The notes under the pieces were generated by a model. That model was not told where the DNA came from, did no database searches, and was given only the letters and a program-made list of their open reading frames with translations. Below are positions 1 to 12,674 of a stretch of 64,000 nt of DNA, piece after piece (the stretch's first letter is position 1; each line of letters starts with the position of its first letter). Position numbers and translations under genes: made by a program. This DNA is from Hemiscyllium ocellatum (lineage: Eukaryota). The stretch is taken from positions 116,123,740 to 116,187,739 of the forward strand of contig NC_083401.1 of assembly GCF_020745735.1 (NCBI RefSeq), written 5' to 3'.

Positions 1-3000
1 TTTTCAAAGAATTTACTCTAGAATCACAGAATCATGACAATACAGTAAAAAGACCATTATACCCATCGAATCCATACCAGCTCTTTGCATGACCAATTTA
101 TCACATCCCACTCTACAGCCATTTCCTGTATCCCTTAACTCTTCATTATGCTGATTCTTATCCAATTCCCTTTTGAAAGTCTTGACTAAATCTCCCTGCA
201 CTGCTTTCTCACTGCATTCAGATCCTATCTACTTACTAGCTGAAAAACATTTCCATTGTGTCATTTTCTTTCATTTGGCAATCACCTTAAATCTATGTTC
301 TTTGATTCTCAACTGCTCAACATTCTTTTTCTCTCTACCTATTCTGTCCACACCTATCATAATTTTTAACCCTCCCATCATATCTCCTGAATACACTTCA
401 GAAATATTGGAACATATGGCTTAGAAACAGAAATAGGCCTAAGAACTTGCTCCCACCATTTAATAAGGTTATGATTAAGCTAATTGTGGTCTCAATTCCA
501 CCCTTCTGAAGAAACGCTGCTTCTTTTTTGCACCAGTTTTGTTTCTACATTGTTGCCAGAGAGGAGGGCAAGTCTCCACTGATCATTACAACCCACATTT
601 TCGCAAACCCCAGTTTTACTATTTCATACTTGACATTAAAATAAGTTGTCCATTCCAATTTTCTCTATAGTCTGTCACCTCTTTAATAAATAAAATGCAA
701 CAAATCATATGCCTCATAAATGAGGACAGCACTGAATGAATACAAGCCATCTAAAAATGATAGAATGTCAGAATTCAGTCCTTTCAGAGTGACATTATTG
801 GAAGGTTTCAACTTGGGAGTCTTGTGGTAGCTACAGTACCACAGGAGATAGATATATCCAATTAGATATCTACTGGAATTTTTAAAGTGGTTTGTTGAGA
901 TAGTGCAAATTAAAAGACATTTTTTAATTATTGCCACTTTATCTTCTAATCACAACTGGAGTGATATAGGGGTGGAAGTCAGTGGGCATGAAGACATTGA
1001 CTGAGAATACAAGGAAACAATTATCCACTGTGCATAGAAACTTAGAGACAGATTCAGGACAAGTTTGTCCAACTGTTCCATAGATTATAGCTGATCTATT
1101 GTTAAACTCCATTTACCCATCTTTGTTTTACATTACTTGATCCTATCAATTTTATGTCTTAAAATGTTTAAAAGGTTCCAGAATCCAATTTATCTTCCCT
1201 GTCTCCCTCTCACGTTAAGGTTAAATTATGAAACTATTGTTCTTGAAACACATGAGACAGAGTAGAGATTTGATAGAGGAGTACATGATGATGACAAGTT
1301 CACATAAAGGACACAAAGAAAAGCTGTTCTTCTTCAAAGGTAGAAGGAATTGAGGATGCAAATTTAAGGTTTGGGTAAGAAATGCGGTGGGATGTGAGGA
1401 TGCTTCTTTTACTGTTAGAGAAGGATAATGACATGGAACCAATTGGCTTCAAGAGTGGTTGAAGAAGAAATGATAATTATAAAATAAAATTGGATGAACA
1501 CTTGTGGAAAATAAACTTCCAGAGCGATGGGGATAGGATGGGAATATGGGACTGACTGAATCACTCTGAAGTTAGTCAGCATTGACTAGACAGATCCAAT
1601 GTCCTCCTTCTGTGCCATTATAACTATGCGACTCAATGACTCTGGTTTATGTTTTGTCTCCCTGGTACCCATGATTATACTGACAGCACGTCATTCAGCA
1701 GATCTGGTTGTGGATACCGTCTTGCTTGTCCAACTCATGGTAATGTAGTAGTGAGTTATTCTGATGAATAGTTAGCAGTAGCCTAACAGAAAGTATTGCA
1801 TTTAAATCAGAAATGGAGATCATACAGGTTCAGCAACGTTTGCTGCAATTATCAACTGATTTGTGAGGTGATAATCATTTCTTCTGCCAACTCCCATACA
1901 TAGCCATTACAGGAACTGCTCCTGGACTATTCCAAATATACCACTAGAAGAGGACATTCCTCTCATGATAATTTTTGATTATTGGAAGCATAAAAATTTG
2001 GTGTCCATTTATCAATCTATAAATCTCACTTTGGTGAATTGAAGAAAGCTAAATTGAGCTGAAGCCAGCAATAATGATAGTCTGGGGTTCAAACTTTTCA
2101 TACTAATATGGAGGAATTCATGAGAGGTGCTTCTGTCTTGTTTAAGGCTTAATAACAAATGGCTTGATTGCAGATGGCACTGATTGTGCAATGTAGTCAC
2201 TAGAAAACGTCATTGTAAACACTTGATGGTCAAATCAAATCAAATCATAGCATCTTCTTATAGAACAGACTGCTCAATATAGTCTCTATGTTGAAGGCCT
2301 ATATTTTTAAACAATCTGTTGGAGGAGTGAGCATATTTATGACTTCCGATCAGCTGCTCTTTCATTACAATAGTTTATAGTTCATTTTGTTGAAAACGGT
2401 TTGACGAGTATTGATGTAATGTAATTTACTGTAAGGCCAGGATTGTCTTTTCTTGTCTTGAGGCCCAAATGGAGGGGATGCTTACTAGACTGGAATTAGA
2501 AGAACAGCGAAAGTGAATTGTCCTGAATAGCTTTAGGAGGACACAGAGGTAGAACGGTTCAAAGCTGTGCAGGGATGATATTGAAATTAGGCATGTTTAA
2601 AAATGGGGAATGATTGGAGGTTAATGAGGACAGAGTTGGCAGCAATATTTAGTAAAATCCAGGCACAGATTTGACATAGTATAACTGTATTCGGGTAGAA
2701 TCTGGGAAACTGACAAGAATAGCTAAAGAAGCTTTTTTACTTTGAGAGTCTGGATGAATAATTACTTGATCTGGGCGTATATGATACTACATGGTTTTTT
2801 CTATATTTAAATGTGAGAATAACTTTAGGCTAGAATTATATTTGGAAAATATTAATGAGACTATAATTATATACTCTGGGTTGTATACCTGCTTATATGA
2901 ATGTCTGATGAAACATATATAGGTTAGTTTATTTAGTCATACATTGAATGAGGGTTTTGCAGTCTATGCCAGTATTTATTGCCCATCCCTAATTGCTTGG

Positions 3001-4329
3001 AGGGCAGTTCAGTGTCAGCCATGTTTCTGGAATCATATGTAGGCCAGACCAGGTAAGGATTCCAGTTTCCTTTGCTAAAAGACATGAGTGAACCAGGTGG
3101 GTTTTTCTGGCAAGCTGCATTGGATCTATGGTCAACATTAGACTCTTATTACATAATTTTTCCAGTTTCCATATTGATAAATACAATTTCTGGAATATTT
3201 ATTTCAGGATAAGTACAGATGTTATTGATTCCTTCTGTGATCCAAATTGGCTGAATAGCCTCCTTCTGCATTGTAACAATTCTATGATTTTGTAATTTAA
3301 TCCACTTTATGTCAGAGAATAGAAATTTGCAAACTCCTGTGATGTTAATAGACAGACATTTATACTGTAGAATTTACAATAGTAGAGTAAATGTGTAAGA
3401 TCATTAGCTTTGTTTTCAATTTAGAGGAATATAGGATGAGACCGAATTGTTGTAAAATGTAGTTCATACGTTTTTTTTTCAGTTCAGAAGACACCAGTGT
3501 TTAATTTTTGAAGCAGCTCAGAGAAGAAGCTACCTCACTAGAAAGGTTTAGTCTGTAAAACTTGCAATGATTGGTAGAAACCTGTCAGTAATTAGAACTA
3601 AGAAAACGTTACACTCTCATGTTTGTGAAAAAGTTCATGTCAGTAGATCTGTATCCACAATCCAGGCCAGGAAATGTCACTGTCGGTTAAATAGAGTCCT
3701 AAAGGAGCTGAGATATAAGGGGTGTTTCTCTGGGCTTGAGTCTCTGTAATAGACAGTATTGCCATATAGATTGAAACATTGTTTTTCGGTGTATTTCAGA
3801 TCGTCTTTTTACTATTGTTTAGGTTTAGATAGTTATTTTCATCTTTCTTGCATAATCAAATTCTGTTTGTTGTTAAAGAAAATCTACAACCTCATATGTC
3901 TATGATCAACCACCATGTTGATTAAGTAAACTAAAAATAACTACCAAGCTAGATCTCATTCTGGGATCTAACTTGATTACTTCCAAAAAACTTAACGATG
4001 CTGGAATTTTATTTTCAAAGAGGTTTATTAATTTTCATGGTTATATCATTCTGCTTTAGAGTCATGTTGTAATTGGACCAGTGATGGGCTTTTATGATGC
4101 AAAGATAGTATCCATACCACGAAGCCAGGAGGCCTGGGTTCAAGTCCCATCTGATTCAGAGATGTGTCATAACATTTCTGAACTGCTTGATTAAAATATA
4201 TCTTTGATTGTACCAGTTTGAGCACAATACATGGGATTTGCACTTTAGAATTATTTCATGCTGGGGACTAGATAACATCGAAAAACTGGATCTCTAAAAT
4301 TTTTGAGCAGCCTTTCCCACTCACCTGAC

Positions 4330-4790
4330 CCATAAACCATATGACTATAAAAAAAGGAATAAATGTAGGTCATTCAGTCTCTTGATACTGCTCCAATATT
4401 CAATAGGATCATAGCTGCTCCAACATTCTTCAAGTCCACTTTCTGTGTATTCCCCATAACACTTGATTCCTCTACTGATCAAGAATATACCTATCTTATC
4501 CATAAAAATACTCAAGGACTGTGCCACAATACAACCCTCAGAGAAATTCCTTCTCATCTTGGTCTTAAATTGGTGCCCTTTTATTCTGAGACTATGCTTT
4601 CTGGTCCTAGACTCTCCCATGAGGAGAACCTTCCCTGAACTGCCTTCAATGAAATGAGATTTTTTTCCCTTAAATAAGGGGACCAAAACTGCTCAGTGCT
4701 CCAGATGCAGTCTCACCAGCACCTTGTACAGTTTCAGTAAGACTTCCCTATGTTAATACTCTACCTTCATTGAAATAAGGGACAATACTT
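4330..4790 (-). mobile_element. CR1 LINE 3' fragment
   Basis: GESRTRKHSLRIKG...MRRNF. Confidence 0.8.
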
Positions 4791-5057
4791 ATTTTTGTTT
4801 TATTTCTTCATTTCTCTTTTGAATTAAAGTTCACCTTTTCTTTGTCTGTAGTGGGGGAAGGCAGTTGCAGCAGTGGCAGCGAGGTCAGTCTGGGTGTCCA
4901 TTTCTTGTGGCCATTTATTGCAAGCTTCATTGTTGGTGGTTCTGGTCTGTTCCTCCTGTTGTGGTACAGCAGTTTCAGTGATTGCTTTAGTGATGGCCTG
5001 TCCTGTCCTTGGTCTAGGCATATTTGTCCCAGATTTGTAAGTAATTTTGTCAAGTGT

Positions 5058-5362
5058 ATCATAGAATACCTACTGTGTGGAAATGGGCTATTTGTCCCAA
5101 CAAGTCCATACCAACCCTTGTATCCCACCCAGACCGATCCCCTTATCCTATTACTCTACATTTTCCCAGACTAATGCACCTAGCCTACACATCCCTGAAC
5201 ACTATGGGCAATGTAGTATGGCCAATACACCTAACCTGCGCATCTTTGGACTGCGGGAGGAAACCGGAGCACCTGGAAGAAACCCATGCAGATTCGGGGA
5301 GAATGTGCAAACTCCACACAGAGAGTCACACAAGGCTGGAAATGAACTCAGGTCCCCCGTGC
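5058..5362 (-). mobile_element. HE1-like V-SINE (5' eroded)
   Basis: ggaggaaaccggagcacctggaagaaacccatgcaga...gagaatgtgcaaactccacac reverse V core. Confidence 0.8.
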
Positions 5363-5999
5363 TGTGTATTAGAGTCATAGAGTCATTGAGATGTACAGCA
5401 TGGAAACAGGGTATATGAATAGGAAGGGTTTGGATGGATATGGGCTGGGTGCTGGCAGGTGTGATTAGATTAGGTTGGGATATCTGGTCAGCATGAATGG
5501 GTTGGACCGAAGGGTCTGTTTCCACGCTGTACATCTCTATGACTCTAATATACAAACGTTAAGGAGATACATATCAAAGTGGAGGACAGATTTCATCATC
5601 TGAAACTGTTGAACTCAATACAGAGTCCAGAATACTGGGAAGTGTCTAATTACACAACTAAAACAGACATTGAACAGAAATGTGAGACCAAGAGGATATA
5701 GAAAAATGGCAAGTAGCTGGAGGGTCAGGTTTATTCGTGTTGACTGCATATGTTCCACGAAGCAATTATTCAATCTATAGTGTAGTCTTCACAGTGTGGA
5801 TCAGACCAGGTTGTGAGCAGTAAATTCAATACATTCATTCAAATAAATAAATCACACTGCTTTTGTTTTAAACTCCCAGCAGCCATGTTTTGTTTTTTTC
5901 TATTTCCATATTAAAAGTAACTTGCACACACAATTCTGTAACTAATCAACACTCTAAACAAAATCCTATCTCTGCTGATTTTCAAATTATTGGTGGCTG

Positions 6000-6358
6000 A
6001 GGAATGAATTTATAGAGGTTCATAAAATTATGAGGGGCATGGATAGTGTAAATAGACAAAATATTTTCCCCAGGATGGGGGATTCCAAAACTAGAGGGCA
6101 TGGAGGGAAAAGATTTAAAAGAGGTCTAAAGGGGCAACTTTTTCATGTAGAGGATGATGCCTGTATATGGAATGAGGAAGTGGTGGATGCAGGCGCAATT
6201 ACAACATTTAAAAGGCATCTGGATGAGTATAAGAATCGGAAGGATTTAGAGGGATATGGGCTGGGTGCTGGCAAATGGGACTAGACTTATTTAGGATATT
6301 TGGTTGGCTTGGATAAAGCGCCTGTTTCCTTGTTGTATATCTATATTATTCTATGATT
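6000..6358 (+). mobile_element. CR1 LINE 3' fragment
   Basis: MRGMDSVN...TFKRHLDEY...GYGLGAGKWD. Confidence 0.85.
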
Positions 6359-6695
6359 TCACGTTATAACAAAACAAAACAATGATTTGTTTTATGCAGC
6401 TTACAATATCAAGTATCAAACCAAATTCTGGGCTTTAATTCTTAGCTTATGCAGTTTCATGACGTTTTCACGGATTACTTCCGTTTAAAATGCTGGCTAT
6501 GTGAGTTATTGTACAGATACTTAACTTTTTTGAAAAATGTAACTTTTTGTACGTGCTTTTATTTCTTGCGCGCGATGATACCTGTTTATGATACAATGCT
6601 TTGAACCGTCATGTAACAGGTAAATTCCGACCCGGAAACCACGGTCAAATTGAAATTTCATAACGTGACCTACAGCTAGAGGCAATTCCACGCTT

Positions 6696-6703
6696 TATAA
6701 ATA
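6696..6703 (+). promoter_or_regulatory. TATA box (TATAAATA) of the protease gene
   Basis: TATAAATA 120 bp upstream of ATG 6816, just downstream of a locally CpG-enriched stretch (~6460-6700) that includes an ETS-type CCGGAA at ~6632. Confidence 0.55.
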
Positions 6704-6815
6704 AGACCTACTTACCCTCCTCATGGATGGTTCTCGATTGAGAGTAGCAAGTTACTTTGGAAACACGTGAAGGCAGATTTAGGTTTTTCACTCAGAATTT
6801 ACCCCCAAAGCCACA

Positions 6816-6957
6816 ATGATTATTACGAACATAGAAGCCCCGCGACCTGAGGAAGTCAAAACATTGACACCATCTACTCGAGCTTTAAAAATACTTGCAG
6901 TGATTTCAGTCTTAATGTTCGTTATTGTAGTGGCTGTGCTGATTGCTGTTGTACTGA
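6816..6957 (+). CDS. Type II transmembrane serine protease (matriptase/TMPRSS6/7/9-like), coding exon 1: short cytoplasmic tail plus signal-anchor
   Basis: ACAATG start; MIITNIEAPRPEEVKTLTPSTRALKILAVISVLMFVIVVAVLIAVVL, basic residues before a >20-aa hydrophobic run; donor A|GTGAGT, phase 1, matches the next exon. Confidence 0.8.
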
Positions 6958-9443
6958 GTGAGTATTTTTATTTCTCTGGGTGTGGGCTAATGTTTAATCT
7001 TATAATAGATTAATATTTAAAAAGGATTTTTAAGACTTGAGTTTTTATAACCGTACGTTTTACCTAGTCTGGAAAAGTAAATTGCAAATGTTTAAAATTC
7101 CCCTGTACAATAGCGATATCATTAGGCTCCAGTATTTTTTTAAAAGCCGTTTTATAGTGTAGGAACTACAAAATGTTGGAAAGTAGAGGTTTAGCCTACA
7201 TTGTAAAGTGGGAGAGATCTATTACCCACCATCAGAATAGTTCTGGGGAAGAATATAAACATGAAATTTGAGTTCACTTGTCTCTCGGAGTCGTCTTGAC
7301 TTCTGTAATTCTACAATTTACTAAGAAGCACTACTACTAGCGTTTACAAACTGCTTAATTCCAATTTTTAGTTATGCTGGAAGGGAGATTTTTGGATTAT
7401 ATTTGTGACTTCAAATTAAATTTCTTTTATGTTTTGATGTTCTCAAACTGGATTTGTGGAAGATTGTTTTTAAATGTTAAGTACAACTAAAGTTGTACTA
7501 TGTATTAATTATCTCTTTGTTTGGGATATGTGTAAATTGCATTTTTGCTTATCTTGAATTGCTGTGAGAAAGTGATAAGCCTTTTTCTTTGAAAGTCTAT
7601 AACTGTTGGGTTTATAATTCCGGAATGCCTTACAAAAATCTCTTCCTTGGAGAAGTGGTAATTTATATTGAAAAGCCTGGATGTTGTGACTTTGAACTTG
7701 TGTTCAGAGCTATTCTTGTAGCTGAAGTCTGTCATCCCTGGAACTACTCATTAGCTTTTGCTGTTTGTTCTAAAGTACATCCTTCCTGAAGTGTGGCCCC
7801 CAAAATTGGATGCAACATTCCAGTGAAAGTCAAACCATTATTTTATACAAGTTTATCTAACTTGTTTTGCAGTTCCTGCTCTCCTTAAAGTTTAGGATCC
7901 CATGCTGATCTAAACTTTCTTTGCAGATAGACTCCAATGTCTTTTTGCTCTTACAATTGTAAAGCAAGTACTTTTTTTATATATATATATTCCCTCTTCA
8001 TATATTTGGTCACATCACCTGCTTCCTGGCGTTAAATTGCATTTGCCACTTATCTGCCCACTCCTCCAGCTTGTCTGAGTTCTTTATGATCCCCCTCCCT
8101 CCTACAGTTCACAATATTGCCAAATGCCTTTTTTTGCAAACTTTGAAATCATGCCCTGTATACACAAATCTTGGTCATGAAGATGTAGAGATGTACTGGT
8201 CCTAATAGGGACCCTCTAGAAAACCCCCACTTATGTTTGCTTCTCCAGTTCAGAAAAGCACTGATTTCTTGGTGCTCTGCTAATCTTGTACCATGTTGCT
8301 ATTATCTATTTTATTCTGTGGGCTCTGACTTTGCTGACAAATGTGTTCTGTAGAACTTTATCAAATTGCACCACCACAACCTCATCCACCCTCTGTTACC
8401 TTGCCATACAGTACTATTTGCCCTTAATCAATCCATACTGGCTGTCATTAGTTAACTTACATTTGATTAAGTGACAGTTAATGCTAAATTTTTATTCCAT
8501 TCTTTTTATACTGGTATCAGGACATTGATGTCTGGTGCATTTCCAGGTTACAACCCTACTTCATGTCAGGAACATCTGACACCATTTTTGACAGGCAGGT
8601 TAATTAATGATTAGTGCACTCCATCTAATCAAAGATGATGACAGAATCTTTTGAGGAGGGGTGGGGAGGGTGGGGTTGCAGTTAATTAGAGCCTTTTAAA
8701 GCCTTAAGAAGCTGTAGCTGCCACGTTGTCATGACAGATAGCTCTATTACTGTGAATAGGGTAACCAGTGGCTACAGCTGTGGTTTCTCATGGTTATAGG
8801 AGGCATGATGGTGGGGTTGCTAGATGAGAGACAAAAAAACTTTTTGAGAATCTTGTTTTGTTTCCTCATTACCCATTAGCTAAAGTGACTCCTCACCAGT
8901 GACCCTCCTTCAGAGCAGAAGAAGTGGAAGAATGTTCTGAAGGAGGGTGACTCAACTCCACGTTGGTTGTACTTCCTTTCCACAGATTCTGCCAGACCTT
9001 TAGTGTTTCTCTAGCAATTTGTTTTTGAATTTTTTCGTACACCTGTCAGAGCTCCTGTTAGTCTACTATTCCTCCTCTAGTTTAAAAAGGATTTAAACTT
9101 TATAGCTTTTGCAGAATTTCAGCTGTTCACCTGAATATTCTAACCTGTACCTTGATTCATTTGTAAAATTTTTTCAATGTAATATTCTGGCTACAGTAAT
9201 ACTTTACAAAAAGGAAGGAGAAAATAAAACTAGTTTCTCCCATTGGTGGTTGGATTAGATGAATGCAATTGCAAATGTATAATTTGTGCCCTTTGCCCAT
9301 TGTCCTGAACTCCACCTATAGATTTTATTGAGTTGTTCTCTAAATGGAATCTCAGGAATTAATACAACTCGCTTGTGAGCTTGCACAGAATTGTTTAAAA
9401 CCAGTTCAGTTTCTAAAGCGAAATGTCTTATTTTGTTTTGCAG

Positions 9444-9509
9444 TCCTTTATTTCCAAGTGAAGTGTGTAGATAATGATGCTTGCAAAACATCTGATTATG
9501 CAGCCTGTG
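9444..9509 (+). CDS. TTSP exon 2: end of TM plus Cys-rich mini-stem (ILYFQVKCVDNDACKTSDYAAC)
   Basis: ttttgttttgcag acceptor, G|GTAAGT donor, 66 bp phase 1-1; C-x5-C-x2-SD-x3-C resembles the C-terminal half of an LDLa repeat. Confidence 0.8.
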
Positions 9510-9962
9510 GTAAGTGGCAACTATACTTCTGCTTTCTTATATTGAAATGAACACTCTCTTGGAATGTTTAATATTTAATAGAAATTTAACAAACATATAA
9601 ACTGTGAGATTATAAATCAAAGTAAGCTCCACTTGAGGATTAAGTGAAAGCGGTCAAAGGTGAGGAGTGACTTTAGTTAATTGGTGATGAGAACACAAAT
9701 TCCTCATTCTCAGAATTTTTTTCAGTAGTTTGTATCTTACTGTTGAGTTTGAGTCAGACCTGAAAATCTACAATAAAATGGTTTCAGTTAGAAGTTACAC
9801 AAGTGAGATGGTCTGCCTCCAAGCTGTGTTTTCTGGTCTGAATGCAATAATCTAGAATTCTAGCTCTTGCTTTTTGAATAAGTCATGAATAGAACTATAT
9901 CCACTGTGTAGCATATTCAATTGCTGATTTAAAAATTCATTCTAGTAATTCTTTTATGGAAG

Positions 9963-10131
9963 GTTGTGGACGTCAAAAAACAGTAATGGCCAAGATTATA
10001 AATGGAAAAGGTACAGTGGATGGCGAGTGGCCTTTTCAAATAAGTTTGCAGCTGGGTGGAAATCATATTTGTGGTGCAACCCTTGTAGCCTGTAGATGGA
10101 TTCTGTCTGCTGCACATTGCTTCGAGAACAG
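9963..10131 (+). CDS. TTSP exon 3: activation site K|IING and catalytic His (LSAAHC)
   Basis: GCGRQKTVMAK-IINGKGTVDGEWPFQISLQLGGNHICGATLVACRWILSAAHCFEN; AG acceptor, AG|GTAAAT donor. Confidence 0.95.
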
Positions 10132-11237
10132 GTAAATGATTGATCCACCAACTAAAAGTTCAGGTCTGCTATAGATATAATTTTGAGTTGTCCTTTTGTT
10201 CCCACATGTAGCTGAAGATCTTAAAAATAGTATTATGACCATCAAGGATCTTTGAACAGTTGCTTTTTAATGTTGTCCAGGTAGCTACATTTTTAATAAG
10301 TAAGAATACAAGATAAAGCAGACAGAAGTTTTTTTTTTGGCTTACACAAGCAAGATAAACTTTATTGCAAGTTGTTCCTGATTCATGGGATAAGGAAACA
10401 TTATTAACAAAAGATTAGATATCAAAATTGAAATGAATACTAATAAAATGAAGATTTTTTTTCTCTAAGAAAGCCCCAGTGAGTCTCTGTGCTATATAGA
10501 TTTTTTTTATGTTAAATGAAAGATTAGCACTTAATCAGATCCAGCTGCTTGGTGGCTTCTGAATTTGGATAATTGGTGTTTTCTAAATCTCTCGCCCCTC
10601 TCGCGTCTCATTTATCAGACGTATCCTTTTTAAGACGTTTGCTTCTGTCTCTTTCATGGATGACATGTAAAGATTCTCACTGACTTGTTTTGCCCAATCA
10701 TACTAATGATGATGAAGGCTGATGGTCATTTTTTTTATCTGGCCAGAAATGTTTTAGACCTCTGTCTGATCCAGTTGCTCCTTAAATGATTCTACTGTTT
10801 CCACTTTCCCTAGTACTTTTCTAATGACTACCAAATAATGTCCTTAGATAATTGACCAAAAACATTGGCTTTTAAATTGCATATTAATTTATCGAGATAG
10901 AAAATGGAATAAAGTTCTCTGTTTTGATTTGAGTGCATGAGAGTTTATGCATTTTGTTTGTATTGGATTAAAAATCTGTGGCTATGTTTACTGCTGCAAT
11001 AAATGCATAATTACTTCATTTTGTTAAAAGTATATCTTTACTGATCTGAGTGGGAAGAAGAATCTAGTTATTTCATAAATGGAAAGAAAACTGGCAAACA
11101 TCAAATGTCATGTACTTGTGCCATTATTTTTAAAGACTTACAGTCATCTAATTAATCAGTCCCAATCTGAGATATTGACATAATGTTAAATTTTCTGAGA
11201 ACATTTGACATTTCTCCTATATTTTTAAAATTTATAG

Positions 11238-11509
11238 GAATGATCCAGAAAAATGGACTGCTGTTTTTGGTCTACGTTTCTTAAATCAATTAAACAAACG
11301 TGAAGTCCAGCATCGAGCAATTAAGAAAATAATTATTCATCCTCAGAAAAAACCATCTTCCTTTAATTACGATGTTGCTCTGTTGGAGTTGGAACATCCA
11401 GTTGAATATACCGATTTTGTTCAACCAGTTTGTCTACCCACAGCCACAACATCATTCACTTCTGGCCGAAGATGTATAATTATTGGATGGGGGACAACAG
11501 AGGAAAATG
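11238..11509 (+). CDS. TTSP exon 4: catalytic Asp (YDVALLEL), PVCLP, GWG
   Basis: NDPEKWTAVFG...FNYDVALLELEHPVEYTDFVQPVCLP...GRRCIIIGWGTTEEN; tttatag acceptor, G|GTACGT donor, phase 2-1. Confidence 0.95.
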
Positions 11510-12272
11510 GTACGTATTTAAAGCCTTAATTAGTTTAGGCATTGACTTCAAACTTGAATTGCAGCTGCAAATATTTTCATACCTGCTTCTTTTGAAAAGG
11601 TCATTAAGACAAAACATATATGTCTGATTTGTGTAGCCCAAGCACTCAGCATAGATACTTTATTAATAAAGTGGAGAGTGAACTAGAAACGTGATTCATA
11701 AGGGTTATTTTTAGAATCTAGATAACAATGTTTACACAAAATGGACTTAAATTTATGATTCTAGTTTTCTTGAGATCAATAAACATTTAAACATTCCAAT
11801 GCAGTTCATTCCCCATTTGATTCAAGGTAAGTTTTTAAGGAAGATCAACCAATTCTGGTATTGCTGATGATGCCCACATCTCTAAGAGAACATTTTAAAA
11901 ATGAATCCGTAATATGTATACTCAATAATTAACTTTGAGTATTGTGATGTGAAGATATGGTACGACAATGTAGTCACCAAGAGTGGCAATTAATTAATTG
12001 TAAGAAACAACACTTGTAAGAATGTCACCATCTGTCATGGTGGGACTTGAACTTGTATGTCACTAGAACATTAACCTGTGCTTCTAGATGACTAATCCAA
12101 TGACACCACCTCCCTGGTGCTTTAATGCTGTGATGTTTGAGACTCTGCAGGAAGAAAATAACGAAGTGTTAATTTGTAATGGGGAAAATCAATGGATTTA
12201 CTAGTCAAACCTGTTATTCGATTTTAAATAATTACTAACTACGTTGGCTTACAAACTCTTTTTCTATGCCAG

Positions 12273-12409
12273 GAATATCATCTAGTAATGAACTTTTGCA
12301 GACTGAAGTGATGGTTTTCAACAAGAGCCAGTGCCAAAAGGTTATACCACAAATAACTCCACAAATGATTTGCGCAGGGTATCTAGAAGGTGGCAGAGAT
12401 GCATGCCAG
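12273..12409 (+). CDS. TTSP exon 5: MICAG and S1 Asp189 (GGRDACQ)
   Basis: ISSSNELLQTEVMVFNKSQCQKVIPQITPQMICAGYLEGGRDACQ; ccag acceptor, CAG|GTACAG donor. Confidence 0.95.
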
Positions 12410-12674
12410 GTACAGAATTGTATTACACTTACACGTATCACTTTTTGTTGAGCACCCTAAATGCTAAAACTGTCACGCTACATGTATAACTTTCCCCATC
12501 ATATAAACTTGAAGGAGCTATATAAATGCACTAAAGGCTGAATCAAAGGGACATAACATTTCTGAAAGTAGGAATGAAAAAATCAAAATACGGAGCTTAG
12601 GTGCTTTAGTACTGGGCTGGTAAACCATTCAATATCCTAAATATCTCTAACCTTGTTTACTGCCTTGATTTTAG

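Noticed and set aside
1670-1772. Short reading SGCGYRLACPTHG, and CCPH on the minus strand near 720-735, as ZCCHC4 exon candidates
   Set aside because: Wrong strand or no splice donor, and no flanking similarity to ZCCHC4
6723-6770. Upstream ORF before the protease ATG
   Set aside because: Starts about 27 nt after the TATA start, at or before the expected TSS; cannot be supported
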